Assembly: GCA_043800255.1 (NCBI GenBank) | Contig: JAZDNF010000006.1 | Location: 54,730-118,729, forward strand | Direction of reading: 5' to 3' | Length of the DNA stretch: 64,000 bases | From: Candidatus Altiarchaeota archaeon | GTDB taxonomy: Archaea; Altiarchaeota; Altiarchaeia; IMC4; SCGC-AAA252-I15 | Part shown: positions 1 to 8,967 of the stretch, piece after piece | Numbering within the stretch: position 1 is the stretch's first letter | How the letters are laid out: every line of letters begins with the position of its first letter | The notes under the pieces: model-generated | Seen by the model: only the letters and a program-made list of their open reading frames with translations | Database searches by the model: none | Told to the model about the DNA's origin: nothing | Translations under genes and position numbers: made by a program

Positions 1-346
1 GCTCGAATGGCGTTCCGAAAGGCGTTGAATTGCTGCCGCCGAGCCCTATGAACCTTATTCCGTCAATCGTGACCGCCTTCTCGTGGAAGTTCACCCCGTT
101 TTTTTCGAAGATGTCTATCACAAACTTTTGGTCGCAGTTTCCTGGGAGAGCGTAGACTTTCGCATCCTCTTTCAGCAGGTCGATGGCGTATTCGACGTCT
201 ATCTTGTTCTCTTTGGGGTCCTTGAAGCCGACGCTGTAGTCGCCCAGAAGGAAAACACATCCTATGCCGTCGTCTACGACGTAGTCTCTGACTTTTATGA
301 GAGTCTTCTGGTCACCGTGAATGTCCGACACGCATATGATTTTCAT
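1..346 (-). CDS. Calcineurin-like metallophosphoesterase (runs off the window start)
   Basis: Manual translation from ATG at 346 gives MKIICVSDIHG...LGDYS...ALPGNCD...IGLGGSNSTPFGTPFE, with the DxH, GD and GNxD motifs. Absent from the ORF track because it is truncated. Confidence 0.85.
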   Translation of the reverse strand, partial: MKIICVSDIHGDQKTLIKVRDYVVDDGIGCVFLLGDYSVGFKDPKENKIDVEYAIDLLKEDAKVYALPGNCDQKFVIDIFEKNGVNFHEKAVTIDGIRFIGLGGSNSTPFGTPFE

Positions 347-380
347 CGTATTTTACTATTTGATGGAAAATTAATAAACC

Positions 381-1154
381 ATGGCATCGCTGACTTTCCT
401 CGGGACCGGCGGCGGAAGGTATGTGATACTCTCCCAAAGGAGGCACTCCGGCGGAATCTGGCTCGACCTTGGTAAAAGAATCATAGTGGACCCAGGGCCC
501 GGGGCCCTAGTGAGGGCTATAGAGGGGGGGAAGGATCCCATGAAACTGGATGCTGTCCTCGTCTCCCACAACCACCTAGACCACTACAATGACGCTGAGG
601 TCATGATAGAGGCGATGACGCACGGCCTCAAGAGGAGGAGAGGCTTCTTCGCAGCCCCTGAGAGCGCGCTAGCGTATATTTCAGAATATCATAGGGAGTC
701 CGCGGACGTGAGAAGCGTCAGAGCCGGCGATGTTTTCGCAGTTGGCGATATTACAGCCGAGGCTCTGCCGACGGCAGGCCACGCCGACGGCATCGGCTTC
801 AGGTTCAAGACAGGAGACGTCGACATCGTCTACTCCTCAGACACCGGATTCTCGCAGGAGCTTGCCAGCTCTTACAGAGGAGCGAAGACCCTGATACTGA
901 ACGTCATCTTCCCCTCGGGGAAGCCGATAAAATCCCACCTCAACACCGACTCAGCCATAGAGGTTGTGAAGACAGCAAAACCAGAACTGTGCGTCATCAC
1001 CCACTTCGGCATCACCATGCTCAACGCAGACCCGGAAAAACAGGCAGCCAGGATACAGGCTGAAACAGGCATAAAGACCATAGCAGCAACAGACGGGATG
1101 ACAATAGACTTAGAACACCCCACAGAGGAACAGCACAAACTGGAAGGCTTTTAG
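381..1154 (+). CDS. MBL-fold metallo-hydrolase
   Basis: FLGTGGG, DPGPG, SHNHLDH (HxHxDH), YSSDT and THFG motifs. Confidence 0.9.
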   Translation: MASLTFLGTGGGRYVILSQRRHSGGIWLDLGKRIIVDPGPGALVRAIEGGKDPMKLDAVLVSHNHLDHYNDAEVMIEAMTHGLKRRRGFFAAPESALAYISEYHRESADVRSVRAGDVFAVGDITAEALPTAGHADGIGFRFKTGDVDIVYSSDTGFSQELASSYRGAKTLILNVIFPSGKPIKSHLNTDSAIEVVKTAKPELCVITHFGITMLNADPEKQAARIQAETGIKTIAATDGMTIDLEHPTEEQHKLEGF

Positions 1155-1179
1155 ACTTCCTCCTTCCTAATAGTAACTG

Positions 1180-2196
1180 ATGGTTGAGACCAAGACTTCT
1201 GGAAAGTATGAAAGCCTTCGAGATATAAGAGATAGGTTCAGGAATCTGCCAGAACCTAAGACTACCGATCAGAGGATAAGCAAAGTAGCAGCTGATATCT
1301 CTGAGACGTTAGTAAGGGGCCTGGAGGGGAAATCCGGTGAGGAAATCGCCAGAATCCTGAAAGTCTGGGAGCAGCCGGGGTTCAAGAACTGGATTGGAAC
1401 CAACCCTGAACTTCTCTTAACCCGTTACCTGGTCGGGGAAAACTGGGAGAAATACTCGCATAATCTGAAGAATATTATGACAGGAGTCCAAGGCGGCGTA
1501 TGGATGATACAAGAGCTTTCAAGTCCGGGCTCAAAGTATGCGGAAAAACAGACTCCAGAGGAGAGGCTGAGGAGGGTGAACGATACTGCAAACGATGTGA
1601 TGCAGTTTGTCGGCGATGTTTGGACCGTAGTCCAGTCGATGAACATTGCGATGGCCGCGGGAAAGACAACGCGCAAAGAGGACGTCAACGTCAATGAGCT
1701 CCTGAAGAGGCCTTACAAAGCGTCCATACACTCTGCCCTCATACAGGAGGACCGGCTGGAACCTAGATGGAAGCTGGATAAGGAACTGCCAAAAATCAGA
1801 ACAGACCCGACACTCTTAGAGGCTGTGCTGATTAACGTCTTCATGAACTCAGCGCATGCTATGGAGAACACGAAAGAGAAGAAGCTTCATATGAAAACCT
1901 CCAGGGAGGGAAATTTCGCGAAGATTGAGATCAAAGACTCAGGGTACGGGTTCAACCCTGAAGAGAAGGTCAACCAAGAGGGCGAACCAGACCCCAGAGG
2001 CAAACAGACGAAAAAAGAGTGGATTATGGGACTCTTTAACACCACCAAAGGGCCCAGAGGCACCGGCATGGGACTGTTTATTTCCAACAGCGTGATAACA
2101 ACCCTCGGCGGCACATTCGACATAAACAGCGAAGGCAAAGGAAAAGGCGCGACAGTAACGATAAAACTGCCAGTAACACAGACTACTCGACAGTAA
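1180..2196 (+). CDS. Soluble histidine kinase (HisKA-like H box plus HATPase_c)
   Basis: H box YSHNLKNIMT, N box NVFMNSAHA, G1 DSGYG, F/G2 FNTTKGPRGTGMGLF; no TM helix. Confidence 0.8.
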   Translation: MVETKTSGKYESLRDIRDRFRNLPEPKTTDQRISKVAADISETLVRGLEGKSGEEIARILKVWEQPGFKNWIGTNPELLLTRYLVGENWEKYSHNLKNIMTGVQGGVWMIQELSSPGSKYAEKQTPEERLRRVNDTANDVMQFVGDVWTVVQSMNIAMAAGKTTRKEDVNVNELLKRPYKASIHSALIQEDRLEPRWKLDKELPKIRTDPTLLEAVLINVFMNSAHAMENTKEKKLHMKTSREGNFAKIEIKDSGYGFNPEEKVNQEGEPDPRGKQTKKEWIMGLFNTTKGPRGTGMGLFISNSVITTLGGTFDINSEGKGKGATVTIKLPVTQTTRQ

Positions 2197-2212
2197 CGCT
2201 CTTCGCTAGGTT
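2183..2212 (-). repeat. Relic copy of the glmS 3' end (encodes NLAKSVTVE*); direct repeat of 3511-3540
   Basis: ctactcgacagtaacgctcttcgctaggtt vs ctattctactgtaacgctcttcgccaggtt: 26/30 identical, all four differences synonymous. Confidence 0.9.
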
Positions 2213-3471
2213 CTTTTCTCGAACTCTTTGTTTACTAGGTCAACCATCTTGTCTGGATTGAAATCTCCTTTGTACCAGGAGCCTGATATGAGGCCTGCGT
2301 TTTCCAGTTCTTTTATCTGATTTTTGTATCTATTGTAGTCGCTTGAGTATATCATACATATTACCGTGTTTGGCCAGCGTTTGTGTATCTCCCTTATCAA
2401 GTCAATTCCCGTCTTCTTTCCTGCGAGCTCCACATCCGCAAGCAGTAAGTCCGGGGCTTTTCCACTTTGTTCTATAAGATCTAGCGCACGCTCCGCGCTC
2501 CGATAGCAACCTATATCCTCCTGTTCCCTCTGGCTCTTGTCTTGTGCTTCATTCCCCTTCTGAGGCCGATACATCGTTAGATTTTTGATTTTTTCTTCAG
2601 CATTGAAAAAGAATAGCTGATGCAAAGGATTGTCTTCTACCACCATCAGAGTCGCAGATTTTATGAGAGGTTTGGTTGGCTTTAGACTGTCCTTGATGCT
2701 GGATGTTGCGTGATATTTGATTACGTTTATGTCTCCTGGCTGACCGAATGCATGCTCGATGTCACATGGCACTGGCTCCCCCATCTTTCTCGAGTATTCA
2801 TCCTCATCTGATATGCTCATCAGCGGAGTATGTTTTTTACGGAATCTCCAAGCTATCTCATCCATTCCCCAAATTATGTCCGCAAAGTCGACTCTTGACT
2901 TACTTAATGCATCCTGCGATACTTTCTTTATGTTCTTCCAGAAGTCAACGTATATCTCCTCGTTTGGGTATTTTGTCTTTATCTCTTCAAGAACGTCTGG
3001 TTTCTCTATGAATCGCGACCACGCTTGCCCCCGGATAAGCGGCATTACAGTGTGCATTATCTCTTTGGCATCCCCAGTTTTGGGCTTGACTTCGTCCTCT
3101 ATCTGCTGTGCGAAGCATGTGTGCAGTATCGGTCTCCTGATGAGGTTGCCCAAATCGGTTGTTAGAAGAAACAAGACATCGTCGCGGGTGAATTCCATGT
3201 CAGGGAATCTCTTGTCTCTGAGGAAATCGTATATCATCTCGAATGTTTTGAAACTCTCGGTCTGCTCTTCCTTCGGGAGGGCGTTCAACTTCTTAAAAAG
3301 CGGCTGAAAGAACGCGCCGAACTTCGTACCTCCATGGAAGACCTTTCTAGCCTCAGAAGCGAAAGGATGACTGCCGGGCACAATATCATGCGGGAAATCG
3401 TGAATTGGGACCTTCTCGTGAATGCTGGGAGTCTCAGGAGCACGAGACTTTTTCTGCTTCTCCTCGACCAT
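2206..3471 (-). CDS. Response regulator: C-terminal receiver domain with an unknown ~270-aa N-terminal region
   Basis: LMVVEDN, DLLLADVEL (phospho-Asp), GIDLIREI, IYSS, conserved Lys in WYKG. Confidence 0.7.
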   Translation of the reverse strand: MVEEKQKKSRAPETPSIHEKVPIHDFPHDIVPGSHPFASEARKVFHGGTKFGAFFQPLFKKLNALPKEEQTESFKTFEMIYDFLRDKRFPDMEFTRDDVLFLLTTDLGNLIRRPILHTCFAQQIEDEVKPKTGDAKEIMHTVMPLIRGQAWSRFIEKPDVLEEIKTKYPNEEIYVDFWKNIKKVSQDALSKSRVDFADIIWGMDEIAWRFRKKHTPLMSISDEDEYSRKMGEPVPCDIEHAFGQPGDINVIKYHATSSIKDSLKPTKPLIKSATLMVVEDNPLHQLFFFNAEEKIKNLTMYRPQKGNEAQDKSQREQEDIGCYRSAERALDLIEQSGKAPDLLLADVELAGKKTGIDLIREIHKRWPNTVICMIYSSDYNRYKNQIKELENAGLISGSWYKGDFNPDKMVDLVNKEFEKRT

Positions 3472-3510
3472 AGATTATAATAGACTACAGAAGATTAAGT
3501 ATTGTTCAAC

Positions 3511-5280
3511 CTATTCTACTGTAACGCTCTTCGCCAGGTTGCGTGGTTTGTCCGGGTCTATTCCTTTCAGGACTGAGATGTAGTATGCGAACAGGTGCAG
3601 GGGGACGATGTTGAGTATTGGCGTGAGGAGGGGATCTGTTTTTGGTATTTTGAAGTCGCCGTTCTCGCCGACTGTTATGACAGACGCGCCCCGCGCTTTA
3701 ACCTCCTGGATGTTGGAAGCCATCTTGTCCTTCAGGTCATCTGAGGAGAGGATGGAAACGACGACAACACCCTCCTCCAAAAGTGCTAGTGGGCCGTGCT
3801 TGAGCTCGCCTGCAGGATAGCCTTCAGCATGAACGTAGGATATCTCCTTCAGCTTCAGAGCACCCTCCAACGCGGTCGGAAAGTTCTGCCTTCTGCCGAT
3901 GAAAAAGAAGGTGTTGGTGTTAGCGTACTTCTCAGCCAGCCTGCGGATGCTGTTCTCGTCAAGAATCCTCTGAATCTTGTCAGGCAGAGACTTAAGCTCC
4001 TCGAAAGGAAGATCAAAACCCTCCCTGTCGATTCTGCCACTCTGGACCGCCAACAGGAAGCCCAACAGGGTTGCAGCGATCGCCTGCCCGACATAAGCCT
4101 TGGTGGATGCGACAGCAATCTCCGGGCCGGAGTAAATGTATGCGACATCGTCAGAAACTCTCGCTATCGTGGAGCCGACCACGTTCACTATGGATGCGAC
4201 ATAAGCGCCCCTCTTTTTAGACTCCTTGAGAGCTGCGAGTGTGTCAGCCGTCTCCCCCGACTGGGAGATGCCGACAACCGCGGTCCTTTTGTCGACGGTC
4301 TTGATAGTGGAATACCTGAACTCCGAAGCCACCACAGCCTCAGCCCTGATGCCAAGATTCTCGAGGACGTATTTTCCAACAAGGCCAGCATGATATGCCG
4401 TGCCGCACGCTATCAAATATATCCGATCATAATCCTTAAGCCGCATGGCAATCGCCATAAGCTCCTTCTCGCCCTTGAGGGCGTTTCTCGCAGCCTGCGG
4501 CTCCTCGAAGATCTCCTTGAGCATGAAATGATGGTAGCCTGCCTTCTCGGCTTCAGAGACGTCCCAGCTGATTTTCTCAACCTTCTTCTTAATCCTTTTG
4601 CCGGACTCCAGAGAATAGAACTCAGCCTTGTCCCTAGTCACGACACCATACTCGAAATCGTCCAAGATTATGGACTTCTTGGTCTCGGACATGAACGCTG
4701 GAGCGTCCGAGGCGATGAAATTCTCCTTCTGGCCGAGGCCTATCAGGAGAGGAGAATCCTTCCTGGCAACAAGAATCCTGTCAGGCTCCTCGCTCGAAAT
4801 CGCCGTGATGGCATAGCTCCCGTTGAGGCGCCTTACTGCACTGGCAAACGCCGTCAGGAAGTCGCCCTCATAGTATTCCTCAATCAGGTGGGCTATCACC
4901 TCAGTATCGGTCTCGGACTTCAGCTTATGCCCCCGCTCGCTGAGCTCCCGGGTCAGCTCCTGATAGTTTTCGATGATGCCGTTGTGGGCGACGGCGAATT
5001 TCCCGGAACAGTCAGAGTGCGGGTGAGCGTTCACCTGCGACGGAATGCCATGCGTGGCCCAACGGGTGTGAGCGACGCCGATGTTAGACTTAAGCTGCTC
5101 AGGCTTCAGCTTCCTCCTGACGTCATCGACCTTACCCTTGTCCTTCGGGATTTCAATCTTCCCACCAGAGACATAGGCAAGGCCTGCACTGTCATAACCG
5201 CGATACTCCAGCCTCTTCAGCATGTCAAACAACAGCTCAGGCGCGTTCCGCCCCCCGATATAACCCGCAATACCGCACAT
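3511..5280 (-). CDS. glmS: Glutamine--fructose-6-phosphate aminotransferase
   Basis: MCGI N-terminus, LEYRGYDSAG, HTRWATHG, SQSGETADT, ELKHGP, PRNLAKSVTVE. Confidence 0.98.
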   Translation of the reverse strand: MCGIAGYIGGRNAPELLFDMLKRLEYRGYDSAGLAYVSGGKIEIPKDKGKVDDVRRKLKPEQLKSNIGVAHTRWATHGIPSQVNAHPHSDCSGKFAVAHNGIIENYQELTRELSERGHKLKSETDTEVIAHLIEEYYEGDFLTAFASAVRRLNGSYAITAISSEEPDRILVARKDSPLLIGLGQKENFIASDAPAFMSETKKSIILDDFEYGVVTRDKAEFYSLESGKRIKKKVEKISWDVSEAEKAGYHHFMLKEIFEEPQAARNALKGEKELMAIAMRLKDYDRIYLIACGTAYHAGLVGKYVLENLGIRAEAVVASEFRYSTIKTVDKRTAVVGISQSGETADTLAALKESKKRGAYVASIVNVVGSTIARVSDDVAYIYSGPEIAVASTKAYVGQAIAATLLGFLLAVQSGRIDREGFDLPFEELKSLPDKIQRILDENSIRRLAEKYANTNTFFFIGRRQNFPTALEGALKLKEISYVHAEGYPAGELKHGPLALLEEGVVVVSILSSDDLKDKMASNIQEVKARGASVITVGENGDFKIPKTDPLLTPILNIVPLHLFAYYISVLKGIDPDKPRNLAKSVTVE

Positions 5281-5317
5281 TCTGGATATAACTAATAATG
5301 GAGTATATTAATATACT

Positions 5318-7036
5318 ATGACCATCAAGAGGAGGGGCAGAGGAGTTGACGACCCCGACCAGATGCAGATGTTCAAGAAGGATGAACTGTTGCCGCCGCC
5401 GTTCGACAAAAGCCATGTGGACAGCGCCAGCCTCGCCAAGCTGGGGCTGACTGCGAAGGACGCTGGAGACAGCAAGCTCATAACGCATCCTCTCTTCTCC
5501 AAGAACATGGAGCACTGGCATTTTCAGGTTGACATGGCAGCCAAAGCCGTTGACGAGAATTCTCTGATAATACTGCCGACAGGCCTCGGAAAGACCAACA
5601 TCGCCGCCTTGGTAGCTGCAAAGAGAATGCAGGAAAAGCCTCACAAGAAGGTCCTGATGCTCGCCCCAACCACTGCACTGGTAAACCAGCATGCAGAAAC
5701 GTTCGGACAGCTCTTCAGCGGCAAAAAGGTTGCGAAAATCATGGGCGGCGTGGAAAACAGGGAAAAAATATGGGAGAACAGTGACATCGTCATTGCCACA
5801 CCCCAGACGATAGAGAACGACCTCGCGGGAGGCAGAATCAAGCTGGATGATGTTTCACTTCTGATCGTGGACGAGGCGCATAAGACGAGAGGAGATTACT
5901 CATATGTGAACGTCGGAAGACAATACCAGAAAGTCGAAGGCAGCAGGGTGCTGGGCCTGACAGCCTCTCCCGGAAGCAGCGCCCAGAAGATAAAGGAGAT
6001 ATGCTCCGACCTGGGAATACCGCCAGGCAGCATACAAATCCGCACGGACGAGGACAGGGACGTGAAACCCTACATCCAGTTCGTGAACAGACGGGAGATT
6101 AAGGTGCCTCTGCCAGACGTCAAAGACATCAGGGAACAGCTGGGCAGCCTCTACGAGGACAGCCTCGACGCCCTGCAGAAGCAGGTCAAAAAGAGAGGGT
6201 ACTTGAGCGAATACCTGAAGGGCACGAGGTTCACCGAGAAGGCCGTTGACGAGATTCGGACTGAGGAGATAACAAAACTGTTCGAGCAGATTAGCGATAG
6301 AAAGGACCGCCTGAAGAGCAGGGGGCTGGACTACACGACCGATGCGAAACAGTCCAACGCAGACCTGACAGCATGCGCCAAAGTGCTGAAGCTGTCACAC
6401 GCTCTCAGGACATTGGACACTCACACGCTTTACACAACATACGAGTACCTGAAGCGGATGAAAGGGGATGGCACGAAAGCCTCGGAGGAGCTGTTCGAAG
6501 ACAACAGGATGGATGAATCATATACGGCCATCGGCAGCATGGACGCCACCCATCCAAAAGTTCTAGCACTGCAGGACATTGTCCTGAAGAACAAAGGCAA
6601 GAACATACTCGTCTTCACAGAGTACACTGACACCGCGGAGGACATCACAAGAGAGCTGAACGAGTGGAACAAGGACGTCAAAGCCAGAAAGTTCATAGGA
6701 CAGCGGGGGATGACGAAAAAAGAGCAGAGGGAAACGCTCGAAGCGTTCAAGAACCGCGAGTTTAATGTCATGGTCGCAACCTCTGTCGCGGAGGAAGGCC
6801 TCGACATAAGCGCGGTAGACGCTGTCGTGTTCTTCGAGCCTGTCCCTGACGAGAAGAGGACGGTCCAGCGGGCGGGCAGGACAGGGAGGAGAGCGCCTGG
6901 CGAAGTCTACGTCCTCATCACCGAAGGCAGCAGGGACGAGCTCAACTACTGGGACTCGCAGAGGAAGTGGGATCGTATGAGGAAGAACGTCGAAATGCTG
7001 CAGAAGAAGAGACAGTGGGAGAGCGGCGGACAGTAA
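5318..7036 (+). CDS. Hef/Mph1/FANCM-type SF2 helicase lacking the C-terminal ERCC4 nuclease domain
   Basis: LPTGLGKT, ATPQT, DEAH, GLTASPG, ATSVAEEGLDI, QRAGRTGR; ends shortly after motif VI. Confidence 0.85.
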   Translation: MTIKRRGRGVDDPDQMQMFKKDELLPPPFDKSHVDSASLAKLGLTAKDAGDSKLITHPLFSKNMEHWHFQVDMAAKAVDENSLIILPTGLGKTNIAALVAAKRMQEKPHKKVLMLAPTTALVNQHAETFGQLFSGKKVAKIMGGVENREKIWENSDIVIATPQTIENDLAGGRIKLDDVSLLIVDEAHKTRGDYSYVNVGRQYQKVEGSRVLGLTASPGSSAQKIKEICSDLGIPPGSIQIRTDEDRDVKPYIQFVNRREIKVPLPDVKDIREQLGSLYEDSLDALQKQVKKRGYLSEYLKGTRFTEKAVDEIRTEEITKLFEQISDRKDRLKSRGLDYTTDAKQSNADLTACAKVLKLSHALRTLDTHTLYTTYEYLKRMKGDGTKASEELFEDNRMDESYTAIGSMDATHPKVLALQDIVLKNKGKNILVFTEYTDTAEDITRELNEWNKDVKARKFIGQRGMTKKEQRETLEAFKNREFNVMVATSVAEEGLDISAVDAVVFFEPVPDEKRTVQRAGRTGRRAPGEVYVLITEGSRDELNYWDSQRKWDRMRKNVEMLQKKRQWESGGQ

Positions 7037-7085
7037 ATCTGTCCCTGCTGCTTTTATAAGAAAATTCGAATAGTATTAGCACACA

Positions 7086-8138
7086 ATGAATGACAAGTTC
7101 ACGGGGTGTTGGACTGCGCTGGTCACTCCTTTTAAGGACGACATCGGGGTTGACTGGGAGCAACTTGAAAAGAACGTTGAATTCCAGGTAGAGCAGGGCC
7201 TGACCGGGCTGCTGCCGATGGGCACCACAGGAGAGTCTGCCACCATAACCCACGAGGAGCATGCGAAGGTAATCGGGAAGGTCACCGACTGGGCCCATGG
7301 AAGGGCCAAGGTTCTGGCAGGCACAGGCTCAAACAGCACGGAGGAGGCAGTCCATGAGACGCGCCTCGCCCATGAGATTGGAGTTGACGGAGTTCTCCTG
7401 GTAGACTGCTACTATAATAAGCCCTCCTCGATAGAGCTGAGAAAAGAGTACTACAGCATAATAGCCGAAAAGTTCCCTGAGCTTGACATCGTGCCCTATG
7501 TGATACCGGGGAGGAGCGTCACGGCGCTGCTGCCGGAGGACCTTGCGATACTGAGGAGCGAATACAACAATATCGTCGCCGTAAAGGAGGCTACAGGCGA
7601 CTTCCAAAGGATGCAAAGGACAAGGGAACTGTTGGACGACGACTTCAACATACTGTCAGGAGACGACCCGAACACGTACAAGATGATGACAGACCCGAAG
7701 ATACGGGCTGCGGGAGTGGTATCTGTGATATCCAACATAACGCCAGGCCCGATAGAAAAGTACACCAGACTCATACTGGACGGGAAAACGGAGGATGCGA
7801 AGGCCATAGACGACGCCTTAACGCCATTATTCAACGTCGTGGGCGTCAAGACCGAGGAGGAGATAAAACTCCCGAACGGCAGGAAGGCGAAAGTGGTTTA
7901 CAAGTTCCCAAACCCTGTCCCAGTGAAGACGATGATGAACGGCCTGGGCATGCAGGACAGCCCCTGCAAGAGGCCGATGGGCAGGCTCACGAAGGCAGGC
8001 GTCAATATCGTGAGAAACGCGCTGAAGACCGTGTGGGCCAACAACCCGGAGATGCTTGAACCCATAGAGGAGTTCTACCATGCGAACATCTCCAGGAGAC
8101 TGGATGATGACGGCGTCTGGAACTCGCTCAGCTACTAG
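7086..8138 (+). CDS. dapA: 4-hydroxy-tetrahydrodipicolinate synthase
   Basis: TALVTPF, GTTGES, GTGSNST, YYNKP, Schiff-base Lys in VAVKEA, NPVPVK. Confidence 0.92.
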   Translation: MNDKFTGCWTALVTPFKDDIGVDWEQLEKNVEFQVEQGLTGLLPMGTTGESATITHEEHAKVIGKVTDWAHGRAKVLAGTGSNSTEEAVHETRLAHEIGVDGVLLVDCYYNKPSSIELRKEYYSIIAEKFPELDIVPYVIPGRSVTALLPEDLAILRSEYNNIVAVKEATGDFQRMQRTRELLDDDFNILSGDDPNTYKMMTDPKIRAAGVVSVISNITPGPIEKYTRLILDGKTEDAKAIDDALTPLFNVVGVKTEEEIKLPNGRKAKVVYKFPNPVPVKTMMNGLGMQDSPCKRPMGRLTKAGVNIVRNALKTVWANNPEMLEPIEEFYHANISRRLDDDGVWNSLSY

Positions 8139-8503
8139 TCCTTCGAGATTATGACCTCAAGCAGGACTTCATAGTTCTTAGGCTTCAGATTCGGATTGGC
8201 TGCCACATGCCAGTCGAAGGGATGGTGATGCTTCTTGAAGAGCACTTTCAGCTCCTCGCCGATTTCGTCGGCATCCAACAGCTCGCCCGGACAGTAGAAT
8301 ATGACAGAATGCCCTTCGAGGATCGGATGGGAGCCGGCCTCCTTGAGTATGTCATCCCTGACCTCGGAGAAATGACTGTGGTGGACTGCAACGTTCCCAA
8401 CCTTCGAGAACCATCTCCGTACTTCCTCAACGTCCTTGTGAGACTTCAGGTCAGGCATGCCGTCCTTTCTCGTGGTCAGATACAAGTGAATGTCCATCGC
8501 CAT
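8135..8503 (-). CDS. Hypothetical protein, possible stand-alone FtsZ/tubulin C-terminal-like domain
   Basis: By-eye alignment to the FtsZ T7 loop/H8 through the last beta strands (see findings). Confidence 0.5.
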   Translation of the reverse strand: MAMDIHLYLTTRKDGMPDLKSHKDVEEVRRWFSKVGNVAVHHSHFSEVRDDILKEAGSHPILEGHSVIFYCPGELLDADEIGEELKVLFKKHHHPFDWHVAANPNLKPKNYEVLLEVIISKD

Positions 8504-8507
8504 ATTA

Positions 8508-8774
8508 TCACCTTACGAATTTTATGAGGTATTCCTCGTGAGAGAGGGGCACTATGTCCATGACGTCAACGCCGTAGTATTCTTTCAACACTTTCCCGAG
8601 ATCCTGCGTGTCCAGTATCACGGCATTTATGTCCTCCGACTGGTCGAAGCACGCCTTGAACTCGTCATGGTACGTCTCAATCCTGAGAACCTTCTTCCTG
8701 TACTTCCGGGTCAGGATGTCAGTGAGCTCATCCTCTCCCAGCAGGATGCCCCGGATTTTTCCCTCGATGTTCAT
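8508..8774 (-). CDS. Hypothetical protein with a two-fold internal repeat
   Basis: LTDILTRKYRKKVLRI vs LGKVLKEYYGVDVMDI; 1-4 nt spacing to neighbours. Confidence 0.6.
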   Translation of the reverse strand: MNIEGKIRGILLGEDELTDILTRKYRKKVLRIETYHDEFKACFDQSEDINAVILDTQDLGKVLKEYYGVDVMDIVPLSHEEYLIKFVR

Positions 8775-8775
8775 C

Positions 8776-8916
8776 CTACTTTATAACCTTGTGCTCGATC
8801 TTCTTAACGCGGTCATCGAGCTTTTTCATATGCAACATGAACCTCTTCTCCATCTTCTCGATGTGAAGATGGAGGCGGTCGACTTCTTCCTTGAACTTTT
8901 CAGCATTGACGGTCAA
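8776..8916 (-). CDS. Small coiled-coil protein (46 aa, probable TTG start)
   Basis: SD GAGGTGA just before TTG at 8916; heptad-like FKEEVDRLHLHIEKMEKRF. Confidence 0.55.
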   Translation of the reverse strand: MTVNAEKFKEEVDRLHLHIEKMEKRFMLHMKKLDDRVKKIEHKVIK

Positions 8917-8967
8917 CTTTATCACCTCATGGTTATTGATAAGTATTAGATTAAAAGAATAATTACT

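Noticed and set aside
83-475. 130-aa plus-strand ORF
   Set aside because: Antisense to the metallophosphoesterase and overlaps the MBL gene.
2183-3540. Tn7 transposon at glmS
   Set aside because: No tnsABCD genes or Tn7-like ends were seen, and a 30-bp gene-end duplication is not the 5-bp Tn7 signature.
3796-5295. 499-aa plus-strand ORF
   Set aside because: Antisense shadow of glmS with no motifs; long antisense frames are common with this codon bias.
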